In this document: positions 26,806 to 37,126 of the stretch, one piece after another | Layout of the letters: every line of letters begins with the position of its first letter | Numbering within the stretch: position 1 is the stretch's first letter | Origin: a virus | Lineage: Duplodnaviria; Caudoviricetes | IMG/VR virus record: IMGVR_UViG_3300001335_000513 | Coordinates: 1-57,162 of that record | Length of the DNA stretch: 57,162 nucleotides | Strand: one strand, 5' to 3' | Translations under genes and position numbers: made by a program | The notes under the pieces: generated by a model | The model's database searches: none | The model's input: the letters and a program-made list of their open reading frames with translations, nothing else | What the model was told of the DNA's origin: nothing

Positions 26806-27703
26806 CATTAGGGGTTTGTTGTTTTTGTTTTTTGAAAAATTCAGGAAAAATTGGCCAAATCCTGAAGAAATTATGTATGAATTTTTAAAAAAAATTCAAG
26901 GTAAACATAATGTAAACATGTTTTATGATTTTACAAACAAAGAAATTACTCAATCTTACTTAGATGGAGATCACTTTTATTTCGATGCTGGATGGTGTAA
27001 TGCCTGGCCAGATACTTTAAGCATTATGCTGGAAAACTGTGTTGAACCAAACTATGGATATTTAAGGATGAATACAAAAACACTTGAATACCCACTTGAG
27101 GGAAAATATTGGGATGAAAAGGAAAATAAGGTTATTACTACAAGACGAATTTTTGGCACACCTTATATTGAAACAAAAAATTTATATAAACCACCAATGC
27201 AAGTTTTTGCTTTGATAAAAGTAAATAATTATACAGGTGGGTGGCTTGCACCGATATGGTTGTATGGTTATAATATTGATGACGAAAATTCAAAAGACTA
27301 TGCTGAGATAGATTTGTTTGAGACTTGGTACGGAACTACTAAAAGCAAAAAAAGGTCAGTAATTAGTTTACATTATAAAAACAAAGAAAAAAGAAGAATA
27401 AAGCGTTCGACTGTAAAGTTCTTAAAAAAACATGAGAACAGAATGCTTTTATTAAGATGTGACATAACAAATGAAAAAGTAAAAATATACTATGATGATA
27501 AGTTAGTATTTGTATCAAAAAAACATATTCCCAAAAAATTTATGAGTGTCATATCAAGTAATTTTATTACAGTTAACGATAAGAATGATTCTGTTCTTGA
27601 CATTATGGCATCATTACCGGCTCATTATGATATATTTAAACTTTATATTGGAGCATCAAGTGTCACAAGAATGGAAGATGAAAAACGAACTAAACAACAT
27701 TAG
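26786..27703 (+). CDS. GH16-like glycoside hydrolase
   Basis: GGWLAPIWLY followed by EIDLFE (ExDxxE catalytic motif). Confidence 0.7.
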   Translation: MKNLINNIRGLLFLFFEKFRKNWPNPEEIMYEFLKKIQGKHNVNMFYDFTNKEITQSYLDGDHFYFDAGWCNAWPDTLSIMLENCVEPNYGYLRMNTKTLEYPLEGKYWDEKENKVITTRRIFGTPYIETKNLYKPPMQVFALIKVNNYTGGWLAPIWLYGYNIDDENSKDYAEIDLFETWYGTTKSKKRSVISLHYKNKEKRRIKRSTVKFLKKHENRMLLLRCDITNEKVKIYYDDKLVFVSKKHIPKKFMSVISSNFITVNDKNDSVLDIMASLPAHYDIFKLYIGASSVTRMEDEKRTKQH

Positions 27704-27705
27704 TA

Positions 27706-28560
27706 ATGACAATTAAAGAATTAATATGGGATATAAAAACTTTGCTTAGGCAACTTACTGATGATTCTTATGTAAGAGATGCATACCTTATTGCAAAGTT
27801 AAATTTGTATCGTGCTTATTTTATCAAAGCAGAACAGATACTTTATCAACGAGTAGATCAAGAATGGTTTCAAAGGATAAAAAAAGTATCATGTACAAAT
27901 GTTAATTCTGCAGATGACCCAAATATTCCATTCAGTACGGTAAGTTTTGGCAAATTTACTATTCCCAGGATAATCGAACTTCCGGATATGGTATCTTTAA
28001 ATCTTAGAACTTCTTCAATGACTGAAGAAATATATTTCCAAGATTATGCATTATTAATGGAAATGATAATTAATAAAGATAACAGATGTAAAGTTTTCAA
28101 ACAATATACCAGATTAGGTGACAATTATTATGTTTATCCATATATACCTGACATTGCTGGAAGTGGTATACTGTATAATCCACTTAATGGTTATCAATTT
28201 GCAACTGAATTTGTTGATTTAAGTAATTTATCACATGGTATTGAATATACAGTTGTATCAGGTATATTAACCAAAGACTCAGCTTCTTTGAGTCCAACAG
28301 TTATTCGTAAAGGGGAAACGTTCATTGCTGATGGTAATTCTGTTTATACCGGTAATGGTAAGGTAAAATTAAGTGACCAGGTAATTGCAGTTACCGGAGA
28401 TTATGAGTATCCTGTGGGTGGAGATATAGCACAAAGAATAGTACTTGAGATATTAACAAAGGATTTCCAAATAGAACAAAACAGGATTTTTGATACAATA
28501 AATAACAGTATTGATGATTTAAAATTAATATACTCTAAACTTGGAAAAGGTTTTAAATAG
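27706..28560 (+). CDS. tail ring-type virion protein
   Basis: MTIKELIWDI..YRA..I and DYEYPV..DIAQRIVLEIL pattern; position. Confidence 0.6.
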   Translation: MTIKELIWDIKTLLRQLTDDSYVRDAYLIAKLNLYRAYFIKAEQILYQRVDQEWFQRIKKVSCTNVNSADDPNIPFSTVSFGKFTIPRIIELPDMVSLNLRTSSMTEEIYFQDYALLMEMIINKDNRCKVFKQYTRLGDNYYVYPYIPDIAGSGILYNPLNGYQFATEFVDLSNLSHGIEYTVVSGILTKDSASLSPTVIRKGETFIADGNSVYTGNGKVKLSDQVIAVTGDYEYPVGGDIAQRIVLEILTKDFQIEQNRIFDTINNSIDDLKLIYSKLGKGFK

Positions 28561-28978
28561 TGGTGATTTGATAGATAACATACAGAAGTATTCTGCTCAA
28601 AGAAAGAAATATTTCATAAGAAACGAATACGACAAAAAAGTTGTCAGAAAAATACTTTCGTTATATTTTCATTATATGACTGAAGCATTATTTAAAGGAT
28701 ATGAGTGGTATTTGCCTGGATACTTTGGAAAGATAAAAATAAAAGCAAAAACCTATGAAGTACCTACAAGAATCCCATTCTTTAAAAAGCATTTGAAAAA
28801 TCCGGATGTTCATAACAGGCGTGTATCAAACCCTAAAACTCCTGGATTGGTATATAAAGTTGAAATAACAAGTGAATGTATGGAAAAACACAAATGCCGT
28901 TTCAAGGCTGCAAAATTAATAAGAACACGTTTGTTTAATGAATTGTTTAATGGTGACCTTGCAAAACTGATAAAATGA
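28541..28978 (+). CDS. IHF/HU-like DNA-binding protein
   Basis: EALFKG....LPGYFGKIKI...RFKAAK; crAss-type position before the tail genes. Confidence 0.65.
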   Translation: MEKVLNSGDLIDNIQKYSAQRKKYFIRNEYDKKVVRKILSLYFHYMTEALFKGYEWYLPGYFGKIKIKAKTYEVPTRIPFFKKHLKNPDVHNRRVSNPKTPGLVYKVEITSECMEKHKCRFKAAKLIRTRLFNELFNGDLAKLIK

Positions 28979-29700
28979 GTATAAACAAAAGAATACCGGT
29001 AACACAGGCAATAATAAATGCTGTCGAAGAAACAGACCCTATATTCATCAGGCAAAAACCTTTATTGCACAGATGGGCTATTAAAGCAGTTGGTATGATA
29101 GGGCACACTAATCTTTACGAAAGAAAGACCATAGTAAGAAAAGTTCAAGATTGTAAGATTGAACTTCCAGATAATGCAGCTCATATAAATGCAATAATTA
29201 TAGGAGATTGGGGTATAGATTGTAAAGTATTTGCTAACACAACTTATTATCAAAGTACTGAAATGGACTATATGGGTAGTTCATATGTTTTTAAATGGAA
29301 TAAGTTGGACGATCAGATGAGTTTAACTCCTTTTCCGTGGACAATAAGAAACAATCAAATAGTTTTGGATTGTGATATAAACCAACAATATGTTACGATT
29401 GATATTCTTTTACATGTTCTTGATTCGAATGGAATTCCTTTAATGAATGAAGGGGATGAAAGTGTAGTAGAAAATTTCATAAAACTAAAATTAGTTGAAA
29501 AAGAAAGATTCAATAAATTCAGAAAAGGGAAATTAGGTCATGTTGACATGGCTTTTGTTCGAGAATTGAAAACAGACCTTGGTGTTTCTATTAAGAACTC
29601 TAAAGCAAAAGATGATTATAATGCAGACGTTCACAAAGAATTTGTTTCACAAATGGTTCACTTTCCGTTAAGTGGTCCTGGATACTTAAATTTACTTTAG
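28975..29700 (+). CDS. tail tubular/ring protein
   Basis: Position between the IHF-like and muzzle genes; DSNGIPL motif. Confidence 0.6.
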   Translation: MSINKRIPVTQAIINAVEETDPIFIRQKPLLHRWAIKAVGMIGHTNLYERKTIVRKVQDCKIELPDNAAHINAIIIGDWGIDCKVFANTTYYQSTEMDYMGSSYVFKWNKLDDQMSLTPFPWTIRNNQIVLDCDINQQYVTIDILLHVLDSNGIPLMNEGDESVVENFIKLKLVEKERFNKFRKGKLGHVDMAFVRELKTDLGVSIKNSKAKDDYNADVHKEFVSQMVHFPLSGPGYLNLL

Positions 29701-29703
29701 CAT

Positions 29704-32700
29704 ATGTATAATGCAATAAATACAGTTGAGCAAGGTGTTCATTCCTCTTATGAACCAGCTTTACAACCACCAGGTACAATGAGGTATTCTTTGAATGCCA
29801 AAATTACCAGTTTGGAAAATGGAGACTTTGCTTGGGAACCTGTAAATGGAAACAGAATAGTATTTAGTATTGGAACTGGTAACAGAGTGTTTTTGGGAGC
29901 AATTGAAACTCCATATGAATTGTATGTTTTCACTACAGATGGGCGTAATAATGATTTTAGTGATATTATTACTCTCATAATGAAAGATGATACTAAAGTT
30001 GACATTATTACAGCAAACTTAAATTTTGAAAAAGATCACAAAATAAGTGGATATTATTATCAGGAAACAAACAGGTCTGGAAGTATTTACTGGACTGACA
30101 ATTATAACAAACCACGATGGTTGAATGTTGATGCTTTACAGAGGATAACAAAGAACAATTTTAATTTAGCAAACATAAGATTAAGTTATCATTATTTAGT
30201 ATTAAGGGGTTCATTTAAGGATTATTATGGTACAGTTTATTCTGTAGGAGATTTATACATTTGTATAGACTCTAACAAATTTAACCCTCAAAATATTTCA
30301 GATGACTTTTTGATGATAACGAATCCCAATATATCTATATTAGATTTTGATCCAAATTTATCACATCCATCACAATTGGATTTTGTAGAAAAAATTGAAG
30401 GTAATCTTCCATATGGAAGTTTTTACATTGCATACAGGTATAGAACTGAAAACGGATTCGCAAGCAGATTATCTCCAATGCAAGGTCCATACAGTGTTTC
30501 AAGTGGTCCTGTAGATTTTACTGAAACTGATGAAAATTTCAAGAATGTAAATTATTGGTACGATTCAAAATTTGGAGAACCTAATTCAAGTTCTACAAAT
30601 GGTTACAGATTTACTATGGTATCTTGGAGTAATAAATTTGACTTTGTAGATATATTTGTGTTTTATAGTGATTCTTTAAAACAATTAACTTCTGGTAAAC
30701 TTGTATCTGTTATAAACTTAAAAAAATATCCGATAAACCCAATTTTTGATTTCAAATCTTTAGTTGGTGAAGAAATAAGTATTGATGAATACGCAATAAG
30801 TTTACCAACAATTATGAAATGTAGAGAATTAAATTATGTATCAAAATATGGACTTATAGGAAACATAAAAGAAGAACCAGAAGTAAATTGTGGTCAAAAA
30901 ATAAACGGTTCTATAAAACCAATTTTATCATATTTTCCTTTTGATGTAATACATTTAAACTCAGGAAAATTTGAAATGAATGAAAGGATAAATGGTTTAT
31001 TTCCATTAAGTTCAGAAGGTTCAGTAAAATACATAATGCCAAATTGTTATTATAAAGTAAAAAAAAGTTCAAAAACACCATCAGGAATAATAGCAACCGT
31101 AAATTACAATGGAATAACATACAGAGAAAATCAAGTATTTATAGGTCAACATACAAGTGGTCAAGCAACATATGGATATGCTACTGATAACTATGCATTA
31201 GTTGTTCCAATCATAAGAAAAGGTAAGTATCTCAATCAAAATACAGGAGAAATGGTTTATGATGATATTGAGATACCAGATGCAGAAATGGGTAGAGGTT
31301 CAATGCAAGCTATGGCAAAAGGATATTGGGGAAAAGAGACATATCGAATAGGAATTTTGCCTATTAGTTTGACTGGAAAATTATTGCATGTAAGATGGAT
31401 TGGAGACATAACAATACCATCAAGAAATGGTAAATCTACAGGAAGTACTCCTGAGTTTTATGAATTAAGTAAAACTGGATTAAGTTCAACATCTATATAT
31501 CATGGTGAAATACTGGAAAGATATCTTGGAATGGTCTCTTCAGGTTCAGGTCCTAATAAAAACTCATCATTTTTTGTTGTAAGGATTGCAAATATTTCTG
31601 TAACAGTTGATTTAACTGACATTATTGATGAAATATCCGGATTTTGCATTGTAAGAGCAGAAAGAGAAAAAACAATAATTTCAGAAGGGTTAATCGAAGG
31701 AATTTTAGAACAAAAACATGTGAAAAATGAAAGTTATGGAGATGTTACTTCATATGTTTCACATAGAATAATAAGATTAAATCAAAGTCCTATATATACA
31801 GGAATTGGTTATTCTGGATTTAAATATTGGAGTTATTTTAAAAGTATTAAAATTAACAAAAAATTATTGTTTTATATAACTCCAGAAGATTTAAATTCAT
31901 CTGATTATAATATAGATAAAACAGATTATTTTATTACAGAAAGATATGTTCATGATACACTTTACAGTCCAGTAGAAAACCTTAATAATAGTTATGACCG
32001 TTATGATAATTATCAATGGAGTAAACTTTATTCTCAAAATACTGAAAACCAAAAGAAAATAATAGTTGAAGATTGGTTTAAAATTAATGAAAATGAAGAA
32101 GTCATTTATTATAAAAGCGGAGTTCAATCTATAAGATTCACAAATGCTGCAAGTGTTCAAACAAGATTTGGTGGAATGACTGGACCGATTCAAAATTGGC
32201 AAAAAGATATTGGTGGAAAAGGAATTCTTCTCTATCTTAAAGATAATTTTGAAGTAACGTATCCATCTTCAGATTCAATAAGGATAGGATATATAGGTGA
32301 ACACATTAGGCCTAAAAAAAATCTTTATGGTGGAACTGACCCGTTATCTTTAGAAAGAACAAATTATATACAAATTGGTCATTATCAAGAAGTAAATTCG
32401 GAATTTAAACAAAAAATAAAGAAAAGTAACGGAAAGTATATTTGTGAAAATATACAACCTTTTGGTGGAGATACGAACATAGTACCGTTGGATCAGGTTC
32501 GTATATTAACAGATTTTAATCAATTAGGACTTTATTATGAAATCAATGAATATAGCAAAAGCAAATATCATGGTGCTGATGCTATGATAGTTCCACTTCA
32601 AACTGAAACAAATGTACATACTCGTTATGATAGAAGATTTTCCACACATGGCCTATTTATGGACCCTGGAATATGGTGGGGATATCCGTCATATAAAGAT

Positions 32701-33924
32701 GGAATAGGATACAGTACATTTCAAGAAAAAGGTCCTGTTTCAGAATTATTAGAAAACTATAATAATAATAAATCTTATGAGATAAACCTTAACGAAATAA
32801 AGTTTCCTGGGTTACCTGCGATTTATGGAAATGATATACCCATTTCATCAAATTATTTTGATAGCAAATGGTATAATCGGTTACGTTTTACAAATCCCAA
32901 GACTCATGGTGAAAAAATAAACAAATTCATAAAATATCCACCTTTTAACTTTATAGATATACCTGGAAGAGGTGAACTTGTCAATATTAGGTCAAAGAAA
33001 GAAAGATTATTTATTTGGATGGAAAATGGTATATTTTATATTCCAGTAAATGAACGTGCTCTTGTAAATTCTGATTTGGGAAGTGTAATACAACTTGGGG
33101 TTGGCAGTACCTTAACAAGGGTAGATGAGACAGATGATTGGTTTGGCAATCAACATCGTTTTGGCTTGGTAACCACAATGGATGGGTTTTTATGGTTCGA
33201 TAATTTAAGAAGGGCAATGCTGTATATGAACAATGATGGTAAGGCTCAAAATATAAGTTTACTTAAAGGTTGGAACAAAGAGTTTCAGAATATGAAGCAA
33301 TATGAAATTGATAATGTTACTGATTATTCTGAAACTGCAGGAATCATTGGAGGTTTTGACTTTAAAAACAATATTGTATTTATCAGTTTTCTTGATACGA
33401 ACGAAGTAACAAAATCAAAAATAAGTACTTGTGTTGGAATTGATATTACAAAGTTCAATTTCACGGGTTATTATGATTATGCACCATATTTCTTTGCAAA
33501 GCATAGAAATCTTCTTTATACATCTTTGAACGATAATAAATTGTATTTGGAAGATAAAACAATAAAAACACTTTACGGAAATGAATTTACAAGTAAACTT
33601 CATTTTATAATAAATGGTGAATTACAAAATTCAAAAAGATTTTACAATCATATAGCCAGAGGTTCAAGAGATTTTTTTGACAATGTTTCTTATAGCACTT
33701 TATATAATGTTGCTACAGGATTATTTGAAAATGTTCAGTCAGAAGATGTAACTGACCAATACTATCAATTTTTAAATGATGAATGGAGATTTTCAACACC
33801 AGATGAATTAGAAAAATGGAGACCTGAAGGAATATATATGCTTATTGAGTTCACTGTAAAACCAGTTAGGGGAAAGATTGTAAGATTATATCAGTTAATT
33901 ACTAATTACATAAAAATACACTAA
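29704..33924 (+). CDS. tail stabilization (muzzle) protein
   Basis: 1406 aa; LQPPGTMRYSLNA, IYWTDNYNKPR, GYWGKETYRIGI, FGGDT and FGNQH motifs. Confidence 0.8.
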   Translation: MYNAINTVEQGVHSSYEPALQPPGTMRYSLNAKITSLENGDFAWEPVNGNRIVFSIGTGNRVFLGAIETPYELYVFTTDGRNNDFSDIITLIMKDDTKVDIITANLNFEKDHKISGYYYQETNRSGSIYWTDNYNKPRWLNVDALQRITKNNFNLANIRLSYHYLVLRGSFKDYYGTVYSVGDLYICIDSNKFNPQNISDDFLMITNPNISILDFDPNLSHPSQLDFVEKIEGNLPYGSFYIAYRYRTENGFASRLSPMQGPYSVSSGPVDFTETDENFKNVNYWYDSKFGEPNSSSTNGYRFTMVSWSNKFDFVDIFVFYSDSLKQLTSGKLVSVINLKKYPINPIFDFKSLVGEEISIDEYAISLPTIMKCRELNYVSKYGLIGNIKEEPEVNCGQKINGSIKPILSYFPFDVIHLNSGKFEMNERINGLFPLSSEGSVKYIMPNCYYKVKKSSKTPSGIIATVNYNGITYRENQVFIGQHTSGQATYGYATDNYALVVPIIRKGKYLNQNTGEMVYDDIEIPDAEMGRGSMQAMAKGYWGKETYRIGILPISLTGKLLHVRWIGDITIPSRNGKSTGSTPEFYELSKTGLSSTSIYHGEILERYLGMVSSGSGPNKNSSFFVVRIANISVTVDLTDIIDEISGFCIVRAEREKTIISEGLIEGILEQKHVKNESYGDVTSYVSHRIIRLNQSPIYTGIGYSGFKYWSYFKSIKINKKLLFYITPEDLNSSDYNIDKTDYFITERYVHDTLYSPVENLNNSYDRYDNYQWSKLYSQNTENQKKIIVEDWFKINENEEVIYYKSGVQSIRFTNAASVQTRFGGMTGPIQNWQKDIGGKGILLYLKDNFEVTYPSSDSIRIGYIGEHIRPKKNLYGGTDPLSLERTNYIQIGHYQEVNSEFKQKIKKSNGKYICENIQPFGGDTNIVPLDQVRILTDFNQLGLYYEINEYSKSKYHGADAMIVPLQTETNVHTRYDRRFSTHGLFMDPGIWWGYPSYKDGIGYSTFQEKGPVSELLENYNNNKSYEINLNEIKFPGLPAIYGNDIPISSNYFDSKWYNRLRFTNPKTHGEKINKFIKYPPFNFIDIPGRGELVNIRSKKERLFIWMENGIFYIPVNERALVNSDLGSVIQLGVGSTLTRVDETDDWFGNQHRFGLVTTMDGFLWFDNLRRAMLYMNNDGKAQNISLLKGWNKEFQNMKQYEIDNVTDYSETAGIIGGFDFKNNIVFISFLDTNEVTKSKISTCVGIDITKFNFTGYYDYAPYFFAKHRNLLYTSLNDNKLYLEDKTIKTLYGNEFTSKLHFIINGELQNSKRFYNHIARGSRDFFDNVSYSTLYNVATGLFENVQSEDVTDQYYQFLNDEWRFSTPDELEKWRPEGIYMLIEFTVKPVRGKIVRLYQLITNYIKIH

Positions 33925-33925
33925 A

Positions 33926-35029
33926 ATGCCAGTACCAGCGATAATAATGGGAGCCTTAGCAGCAGTACAATTAGGAGTAGGAATTTATAATACTGCAAAG
34001 GCAAATAAACAAGCAAAGAAACTTCGGGAAAACTTGAAGGATAGCGAAACCCCGCCAGAATTTGGTTCTGTTGCAACAAGAGCCAGACAAAGAGCAGATT
34101 CTATGGGTGAATATGACAGGACGGCTCGGGAAAGACAATTGGAAAATGCAAGGTTAAATGCTATGAGTCAAATTGACGCAAGTTCCGGTTCTCCTTCAAG
34201 CAAAATGGCAGCATCAATTGGGTTAAACCGAAGCATTGCAGATGCAACTTCTGAAAGTTCAATCCAAAATATAAGAGAACGGGAAGCTTTACACAGATAT
34301 GCAGATCAACTTTCTCTTACGAAAGCACAAGCTGATTTAGGTACAGAAGACAGAAACTTCAGAAAGACTATGGTGGAATTTGGGATGGTTGACCGTCAAA
34401 TGGAAGCTGGTTCTCAGGCTATCGAAGCTGGATTATCAAATGCTATGGGTGCTGCATATTACGGTGGTAAATTAGCAAAAGGAAACAAAGTAGGAAAAAT
34501 AACAGGTGAAGGTAACGTAGATAATACAGGTCAAAAGTTAACTGAAGGTTTAAAAATTGGCGGTACTTCTTTTTCCGACAAAGCATTCGGAACTGAAAGA
34601 GCTAATATAGCTGGTATTTCTGGAGAAGCTGGAATCAAAGATTATTTTCGTCAAAAACAAGAAGAACAATTTAAAAATTCAGGAAACTTTAATGTTCCAT
34701 ATGATGAATATGAAGAAAGAAACAGAACCAGACGTAGTTTTGCTGAACAATTAAGGAAAGAAAGGGTAAATGAAGAAACAGATAAACAAATTATTGAAAA
34801 CGAAAATCTTGCTAAGGAAACTTCTTTACCCACATCTGCAACGGAATTTGCAAAAAAAGCTGAATTACAGCAACAATTAAATGAATTACAAAATATGTAT
34901 ACTTCGAGTGATACAACTGAGAAAGATTTTTTAGAAAAAATTAATGAATTAATGGATAAATATCCGGATAATGAATATTTAAAATCTATTATGAGTGAAT
35001 ATAAAGCTGGAAGAAAAACCTTTAAATAA
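33926..35029 (+). CDS. ejected cargo protein
   Basis: Hydrophobic Gly/Ala N-terminus and coiled coils; between muzzle and vRNAP. Confidence 0.6.
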   Translation: MPVPAIIMGALAAVQLGVGIYNTAKANKQAKKLRENLKDSETPPEFGSVATRARQRADSMGEYDRTARERQLENARLNAMSQIDASSGSPSSKMAASIGLNRSIADATSESSIQNIREREALHRYADQLSLTKAQADLGTEDRNFRKTMVEFGMVDRQMEAGSQAIEAGLSNAMGAAYYGGKLAKGNKVGKITGEGNVDNTGQKLTEGLKIGGTSFSDKAFGTERANIAGISGEAGIKDYFRQKQEEQFKNSGNFNVPYDEYEERNRTRRSFAEQLRKERVNEETDKQIIENENLAKETSLPTSATEFAKKAELQQQLNELQNMYTSSDTTEKDFLEKINELMDKYPDNEYLKSIMSEYKAGRKTFK

Positions 35030-35093
35030 TTAATATTTTTGAAAGGTATAAATGAAAACATTAATAAATTTAGATTTTTAAAATTTTAAATCT

Positions 35094-37103
35094 ATGGCTT
35101 ACACAAACTACGGCCTTGCAAAAGGTTTAGCATATAAAGCACCTTGGATGCAAATGATTCAAATGGATGAGTATCGCAAGGATAAAGAACTTGCCAGGCA
35201 AGAACGCAAAGAAGCTATCGAAATGCAAAAAGCCATGTGGATAATGGATAGAACTGAATTTGCTAATGTAAGAAATCCATATGATAAAGGACGTTACAAT
35301 AATTTTTTAGAAGAAAAATTACCTGAATTAAGTACATATATTGATGATAATGAAGATTTAATGTATAATCCTTCAAAAATGGTTGAACTTAAAAGAAGGT
35401 TAACACAATTCAAAGATAATGATATTGTAAGTCAGGCTTTATTGGTTGATGAAAATTACAATAGTTATGTAAAAGCCATAGAAAAAAATCCGGATTTGTA
35501 TCGTTCTCCAGAAGCAAAAAATTATAGGGATAATTACAGGGCTTATATTAATCAAAGTGAAGGAGATAACATTCCAGTTCCTTATTGGAATGGCGCAAGT
35601 GAATACGATTGGTTAAAAAATCTTCAAACGAATTTTAAAGGATTGACTGGAACTGCTACTATGATTGATTTACCTCATGGTAAAAAAGGCTTTAGTTGGG
35701 AAGTATCAGAAGAATATTTAAATCAAGCAGCAGAATTAACCTATGAGCAAAATCCTATGTTTTGGGACAACTTTGCAGAAAAAACAGCATTTCAAGGAGA
35801 ATCAAAGTTGGATATGATAAAAAGAATGGGTCGAATTCATACAAAACGTAAAGTACAACCATTCTCAACATTACAAATTAATTTAGGTGGTGCAAATAAA
35901 GAACCTGTAGACTGGGTACAACACGATATTATTGATATGAGTAATATCGGTTCACCAAATTCACCAAACGCTTATTTAAAATATTTGATAAATCAAGTTG
36001 ACGATGAATATCAGGGTAATGAAGTATGGATGATGACGGAAGATTCAAATAATAATTTAAACTATTTTAAAAGAACTTTACCAAGAAATTACAACTATAA
36101 TGTTGAAAAAACAAGTCATGTAATAATAGGAAATGAATTAGACCAAGAAGCACAAAATTATTTTGTACAAACAACATTATCAGTTGATGCAGAAACTGAT
36201 TTAGCAAGTAAATTTATAAAAATTTACGAAGATGTTTATGGAATTACACCAACAGGTACAATAAAGGATGATATGACTTATGATGAAAAGAAAGCAATTA
36301 TTGAAAAAGAAGCCAAAGTAAAATATGTCGGTTGGGGTACTAAGTACCGTCTTGAATTTGATGTGGTAGTACCATTATCTATGGAAAATAAAGATGCGTA
36401 TAATAAAGCAAAAGGTGGTCAGGAATCTCAAAAAGGATTTTTTCATGTACCCAAAGAAGAATATAGCCAAAAAATGAGTACTGATGAATATAGAGTAAAA
36501 ATATTAGGAAGAAAATTAACCGATGTAGGTGAATCTATAGATTTAATTAACAACGCAAGTATTTTTTATCAAATGTACGAGAACCAATATCCCGGTATGG
36601 TTGAATTCGTTAATAATCCATATAATATTTCTACATTACAAGATTTATTTATCACAGAAAGAGAGAATAATTCAAAAAGTTCATTAAATACTTTTCTGGA
36701 GAAATTTGGCGAAAAATATAAGAAACAAAATCAATCTACAGGAACCCAAAGTACAGGAACTCAAAGTACAGGAACTCAAAGTACAGGAACTCAAAGCACA
36801 GGAACTCAAAGCACAGGAAATCAGTCATCATACATTACTAAAACAGAAAGTGGAGTAAAAGTTCTTACAGATGAAGGTGTTAATGCTACGTTAAATGATA
36901 TACCAAATTTAAAGCAATATGTCAAAGATTACTATAAAATCGACGATAGTCAGGTGGAGACTTGGATAAAAAATTATTTTAATCAATTTTGTAAAGATAA
37001 TCCAATTGAAAAATACCACACATACGAATATCTAATTCTAAATATTGTAAGATATATGGAATCATATCCTGTTAAGGAACAAGAAGAACAAACTGAACAA
37101 TAA
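35094..37103 (+). CDS. ejected cargo protein
   Basis: Position; helical N-terminus; QSTGT repeat linker. Confidence 0.6.
   Translation: MAYTNYGLAKGLAYKAPWMQMIQMDEYRKDKELARQERKEAIEMQKAMWIMDRTEFANVRNPYDKGRYNNFLEEKLPELSTYIDDNEDLMYNPSKMVELKRRLTQFKDNDIVSQALLVDENYNSYVKAIEKNPDLYRSPEAKNYRDNYRAYINQSEGDNIPVPYWNGASEYDWLKNLQTNFKGLTGTATMIDLPHGKKGFSWEVSEEYLNQAAELTYEQNPMFWDNFAEKTAFQGESKLDMIKRMGRIHTKRKVQPFSTLQINLGGANKEPVDWVQHDIIDMSNIGSPNSPNAYLKYLINQVDDEYQGNEVWMMTEDSNNNLNYFKRTLPRNYNYNVEKTSHVIIGNELDQEAQNYFVQTTLSVDAETDLASKFIKIYEDVYGITPTGTIKDDMTYDEKKAIIEKEAKVKYVGWGTKYRLEFDVVVPLSMENKDAYNKAKGGQESQKGFFHVPKEEYSQKMSTDEYRVKILGRKLTDVGESIDLINNASIFYQMYENQYPGMVEFVNNPYNISTLQDLFITERENNSKSSLNTFLEKFGEKYKKQNQSTGTQSTGTQSTGTQSTGTQSTGTQSTGNQSSYITKTESGVKVLTDEGVNATLNDIPNLKQYVKDYYKIDDSQVETWIKNYFNQFCKDNPIEKYHTYEYLILNIVRYMESYPVKEQEEQTEQ
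36732..36821 (+). repeat. 15-bp tandem repeat, about six copies, encoding QSTGT
   Basis: CAAAGTACAGGAACT-type units. Confidence 0.9.
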
Positions 37104-37126
37104 TATTAATCCAATAAGTAATTGAT

